From: Vibrio vulnificus CMCP6
GTDB taxonomy: Bacteria; Pseudomonadota; Gammaproteobacteria; Enterobacterales; Vibrionaceae
Assembly (NCBI RefSeq): GCF_000039765.1
Contig: NC_004459.3
Span: 2,631,127 to 2,663,126, forward strand
Direction of reading: 5' to 3'
DNA: 32,000 nucleotides
Both the position numbers and the translations under genes were made by a program. Positions 28,242 to 32,000 of the stretch are shown in pieces (the first letter of the stretch is position 1; each line of letters opens with the position of its first letter). A model generated the notes under the pieces. It was not told where the DNA came from. It made no database searches and saw only the letters and a list, made by a program, of their open reading frames with translations.

Positions 28242-29952
28242 CATGACAACGTTTGAAAAAGAAGCCCTTCACGACGCATTAGTTGAGCTTAAAAAGAGTA
28301 GGGAACTCGAAAAACGACTAGCTGAAGAAAACAAAGCCATCCTCAGCGCAATCTCTGCAATGAGTGAAGCAAAAAATCGTCACGAAATCTTCTTAGGCCT
28401 CAATAATGTATTGAAGAAATACATCAACTTTGATGATTTTGTGGTCCTTACCCGGCACTGCGATAAAGAGAGTTTCGCAACGTTGCTCACGACAAACCAA
28501 GTGTTCAATAATACAACTTGGTGTGATGGAAAAAAATTTAGCCGAGTGCTCAATGGCGAATGCATCATTCTATTCGAACCCACCGAGTTGTCAGAGTTTA
28601 AACAGCTCAACAGCTTTATCAAAAGCCACATTAACTCTGTTTTATTAACGGGTATTGATGCTCAGGTCACACAATCCGTTATTCTCCTGATCGGTAATAC
28701 AAAAGGGCAGTTCAGTATTGAAGCGAAAGAAACTCTCAAGCGCTTTTTGCCTTTGATAGAACGAGCTGTTATTGATATCGAAAACAAAGAGAAGTTACAA
28801 CGTATCGTTGAATTAAGGACCCGAGAATTGGCATTGGCCAGGGAAGAGTCTGAACGAGCCAACCGAGCAAAATCCGAGTTTCTAGCCATGATGAGCCATG
28901 AGTTAAGAACACCATTGAACTCTGTTTTGGGAATGCTGGATGTTCTCAAACAGTCCGACATGTCAGCAGGTCACATCAACTTGCTCTCCCATATGGAAAG
29001 TTCGGCAGGGCTTTTACTGGCAATCATCAGCGACATACTTGACCTATCCAAAATTGAATCTGGCGAATTTTCCCTTTCACCTCAATGGATTAACATAAAT
29101 GACACTGTCACTTTTGTGGTATCGCAACAGCAATTAGTCGCGGCGACAAAAGGGCTCAATATTGAACTCAGCATCGAACTTGACGACAAGCGTCACTATT
29201 GGCTTGATCCCAGCCGATTGTCTCAAGTGTTATTTAATCTCATTGGTAACGCGGTGAAGTTTACTCAGCAAGGCCAGATTGATATTCGTGTGAACCTAGA
29301 GAATGATGAGTTATCTATCTCTGTCATAGACACCGGGATTGGCATTGAGAAAGACAAAATTAGCTCTTTGTTCACTGCGTTTAAACAAGCAGATAGTTCA
29401 ATCACCAGAAAATTTGGAGGAACGGGTCTAGGGCTTGCTATTACAAAACATTTGGTTGAACTCATGTCAGGAACGGTTCGTGTTTCTAGTCAGTTTGGCA
29501 AGGGCTCGACATTCGTTGTGAAAATTCCGGTTAAAAGCCGCAAGCTAATTCGTTTGAGCCAAGACGGCACGACTAACAAACGCGACAGAGCATTGAATGT
29601 TTTAGTCGTAGAAGATACACATTCCAATCAAATGGTTATCCAACTGCTTTTAAACAAACTTGGCCACAACGTGTTTATTGCCAACAATGGCAGCGAAGCG
29701 ATAGAGTTCATCGAGTCCAACACTGAGTCACTGGATGTGGTGTTTATGGATGTGTCAATGCCAGTCATGGATGGACTCACAGCAACTAAAATTCTACGAG
29801 CAAAGGGATTTGAAGTGCCAATTATCGCTTTAACAGCCCATGCCTTAGCCAGCGATAAACAAAATTGCCTAGACGTTGGCATGGACAGTTTCGTTGCCAA
29901 GCCTGTACGAAAACAAGAACTTGCCAACGCAATCGAAGCCTTAATCGTATAA
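28228..29952 (+). CDS. vpsS: Hybrid sensor histidine kinase (GAF-like N-terminus, HisKA, HATPase, C-terminal receiver), VpsS-like
   Basis: H-box FLAMMSHELRTPLNSVLGMLD, N-box NLIGNAVKFTQQG, G-box GGTGLGLAI, receiver VVFMDVSMPVMDG. No C-terminal HPt domain. Alternative ATG start at 28243. Confidence 0.85.
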   Translation: MKVNNMTTFEKEALHDALVELKKSRELEKRLAEENKAILSAISAMSEAKNRHEIFLGLNNVLKKYINFDDFVVLTRHCDKESFATLLTTNQVFNNTTWCDGKKFSRVLNGECIILFEPTELSEFKQLNSFIKSHINSVLLTGIDAQVTQSVILLIGNTKGQFSIEAKETLKRFLPLIERAVIDIENKEKLQRIVELRTRELALAREESERANRAKSEFLAMMSHELRTPLNSVLGMLDVLKQSDMSAGHINLLSHMESSAGLLLAIISDILDLSKIESGEFSLSPQWININDTVTFVVSQQQLVAATKGLNIELSIELDDKRHYWLDPSRLSQVLFNLIGNAVKFTQQGQIDIRVNLENDELSISVIDTGIGIEKDKISSLFTAFKQADSSITRKFGGTGLGLAITKHLVELMSGTVRVSSQFGKGSTFVVKIPVKSRKLIRLSQDGTTNKRDRALNVLVVEDTHSNQMVIQLLLNKLGHNVFIANNGSEAIEFIESNTESLDVVFMDVSMPVMDGLTATKILRAKGFEVPIIALTAHALASDKQNCLDVGMDSFVAKPVRKQELANAIEALIV

Positions 29953-29954
29953 CC

Positions 29955-30004
29955 AATATAGAACCTTAAATCTTTGATTAATAAGGTTCTATATTAGGTA
30001 TTTT
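29955..30004 (+). terminator. Long hairpin downstream of the hybrid kinase, possible terminator
   Basis: AATATAGAACCTTA - 13 nt - TAAGGTTCTATATT, a 14-bp perfect stem followed by aggtatttt. Confidence 0.5.
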
Positions 30005-30197
30005 ATGGTAAATACGAATTATGTTTAATCATGAATAAGCGCAACAATATCAATAAAGGGTGGTAGAGGTTCAAACATTTCACGTAGCGTTATATTTAAT
30101 TTAACATAATATACATAATGCGCACTTAGCTAACGCTTCCGTAGGGCTACCAATCCACATAGCCAAGCCACCGCAAACCATTGAAATTGCGTACAAA

Positions 30198-31415
30198 TCA
30201 CATAGACAATGTTAAGCGTCCGGGCATTCTTGCTTGAATATCTTTAAGCGATGTTCCTGGCATTTGTACTTGAGCAAACCAATATGGTTTGTGTTTTTCT
30301 ACGAATGCATTGCTGTGCTGTAATCCATCATAGATTGAGAATGCCCGACTTTGTGCTAATGCAGCTCCTGCAATACTTCTTTCTTCAACAGGCACATTGT
30401 CTATATCTTCAATCACAGCATTTTTGATAAACATTGCATTTGCTGGCCAATCCATGGACTCCAAGACTCGTTTGGCTAGTTGTCCCTCAAGTTCGAAAAT
30501 AATTTTGGGTAAAAAAGACATATTGGCGACGACCTCTGCACAAGCGTAATACTCTTCACGCATATCTTGCTCACGGTATTTGAGCATCATCTCAACTAAA
30601 GCATCTTCAAATGTATGTGTAAAATGGTTTGATGCGAGAAACTGACCAACCGTTCTCAACACACCAATCAAGATGCCTGCATCGGGCTCTTTGAAATTTG
30701 CATCTTGTAAGCGCATTCTAGTGACATTCGCGGTGACTATCATGTGTTGCCACATTTTAGGAGCAATCAACTTGGTATTCGCATCGGACCATTTGAGCAT
30801 CGGCCTAGCCATCAGAACAGGGAAAAGTAAACGGCAATTTTCTATGCCCATCTGCCCTATTGCTATTTTCGCATCAGTCGCACTTTTTGATGATTTCCCT
30901 ATGCGTTCGCAGAATTTGGGGTTTGTAACGAGATCTAAAACGCTTGAACTAAGCTGATGACTCAAGGTTGTCAAAGTACTCAACTTGGAGAAACTCAAGG
31001 ATGGTGAGTAAGCAAACGAAGCAAGATGATCAAAGTTGGGTATACCATTGAACAATTTATCTATAGGCGTATTGAGTAGTTTCTCAATCATCATGTGCTC
31101 AGCATGGCGGGTAACATCCACAACGACACGTTTATGGGTATTTTGTCTTGCTTTTACCTGTTCACGCCGCTCAACCACTTTTGCCTGCTCACATTCTAAT
31201 AAAATGCGTTGATTGCGAGTGATACGCTCATCTTCAGAAAAAATAACGTCTTCGCAATAGCGACCTTGTAAACTAAGTAGGTTATCAACGTTAGACTGAT
31301 CGAGAATGTATTTCATACTCACTAACCACTTGGCATGTCTAACATTAACCTCATTTGCCACTTGTTCCGCTGTTTCAATCGCTTCTTGTGTATACCGTCT
31401 GTTGGCGAGTAGCAA
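30198..31415 (-). CDS. HDOD-domain-containing protein
   Basis: 405 aa. LSSSVLDLVTNPKFCERIGKSSKSATDAKIAIGQMGIENCRLLFPVLMAR matches the HDOD core pattern, though catalytic HD residues are not apparent. Confidence 0.8.
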   Translation of the reverse strand: MLLANRRYTQEAIETAEQVANEVNVRHAKWLVSMKYILDQSNVDNLLSLQGRYCEDVIFSEDERITRNQRILLECEQAKVVERREQVKARQNTHKRVVVDVTRHAEHMMIEKLLNTPIDKLFNGIPNFDHLASFAYSPSLSFSKLSTLTTLSHQLSSSVLDLVTNPKFCERIGKSSKSATDAKIAIGQMGIENCRLLFPVLMARPMLKWSDANTKLIAPKMWQHMIVTANVTRMRLQDANFKEPDAGILIGVLRTVGQFLASNHFTHTFEDALVEMMLKYREQDMREEYYACAEVVANMSFLPKIIFELEGQLAKRVLESMDWPANAMFIKNAVIEDIDNVPVEERSIAGAALAQSRAFSIYDGLQHSNAFVEKHKPYWFAQVQMPGTSLKDIQARMPGRLTLSM

Positions 31416-31617
31416 ATCTGTATCCCTTTAAAGATTTATCACTAGTTTTAGTTTATTCCATAGAGACCAAAAATGAGAAACCAAAGTGATATTGCTTCCA
31501 TTATTTAATCTTGAAATTGCCTACTCTGTCACTATAAGTCACTGACGACAATCGTTCTTGAACATCACATTGAGTAGTAAACGTTCACAACACACCATGT
31601 TTTCAATCAATTATTAA

Positions 31618-31944
31618 TTAGCTCGAGATGTGAATGACAATCATTCGTTCCGGTACCTTATAGCGAAATTTACTGCCGACTTTGATTGTTTGCTTCGCAA
31701 AGCGACATATTTTGGCATCCCCCGTCCCATTGACCTTCTCAACCACCGCATGCTTGTCAGTGTGATTAAAATAAACGACAACGTCGCAATAGCCCGAATA
31801 GTGGACAAATTCTTTGTCGATTTTCTTTTGTACTGACTTTTTTAGCTTTAACGCTATTGGGTTACGAGTGGAATCATCGGCATGAATTGCACTTGGATAG
31901 AAAAGTAAAAGAGATGAAATAAGAAAAGTGACACTGTATCGCAT
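31618..31944 (-). CDS. Small exported protein resembling an isolated TolA/TonB C-terminal domain
   Basis: Signal peptide MRYSVTFLISSLLLFYPSAIHAD, then CDVVVYFNHTDKHAVVEKVNGTGDAKICRFAKQTIKVGSKF with the two-Cys and small-beta layout of TolA domain III. Confidence 0.55.
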   Translation of the reverse strand: MRYSVTFLISSLLLFYPSAIHADDSTRNPIALKLKKSVQKKIDKEFVHYSGYCDVVVYFNHTDKHAVVEKVNGTGDAKICRFAKQTIKVGSKFRYKVPERMIVIHISS

Positions 31945-32000
31945 ATTTTTTCCAAATGAAAATACAATACAGTGCTCAGACTGGATGATATACGTCGATT

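Noticed and set aside
1-32000. CRISPR arrays, prophage, transposase/IS elements, rRNA and tRNA genes
   Set aside because: No regularly spaced direct repeats, integrase/transposase ORFs, or tRNA-like cloverleaf sequences were noticed on reading; only the lipoprotein tandem duplication was found.

Overview
This window looks like Vibrio chromosomal DNA and is mostly conserved core genes. Left to right: the 3' end of a respiratory formate dehydrogenase operon (truncated catalytic subunit, Fe-S subunit, cytochrome b556 subunit, small membrane protein); a minus-strand accessory-looking cassette of two tandem paralogous lipoproteins followed by a secreted GXSXG-like hydrolase; amtB; cobB; a polyamine ABC transporter operon potA-potB-potC with two potD paralogs; a three-gene cluster (membrane protein, Bax-like glucosaminidase, DUF2987 protein); ttcA; uspE; fnr; a cbb3 oxidase block (ccoNOQP, ccoH, ccoI, ccoS, TauE/SafE-like protein); a FIST-domain (NosP-like) plus hybrid histidine kinase (VpsS-like) pair; an HDOD protein; and a small secreted protein resembling an isolated TolA C-terminal domain. 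The least explained locus is the ~735-bp tandem duplication at about 4610-6025. Each copy carries a lipoprotein gene with a DxNxDGxxDD Ca-binding-like loop and the same AT-rich, Fur-box-like upstream segment. The cassette ends in a translationally overlapped secreted hydrolase. ccoS (56 aa) and ccoQ (57 aa) are missing from the supplied ORF track and were found by hand translation. No CRISPR array, rRNA, tRNA or transposase was seen.
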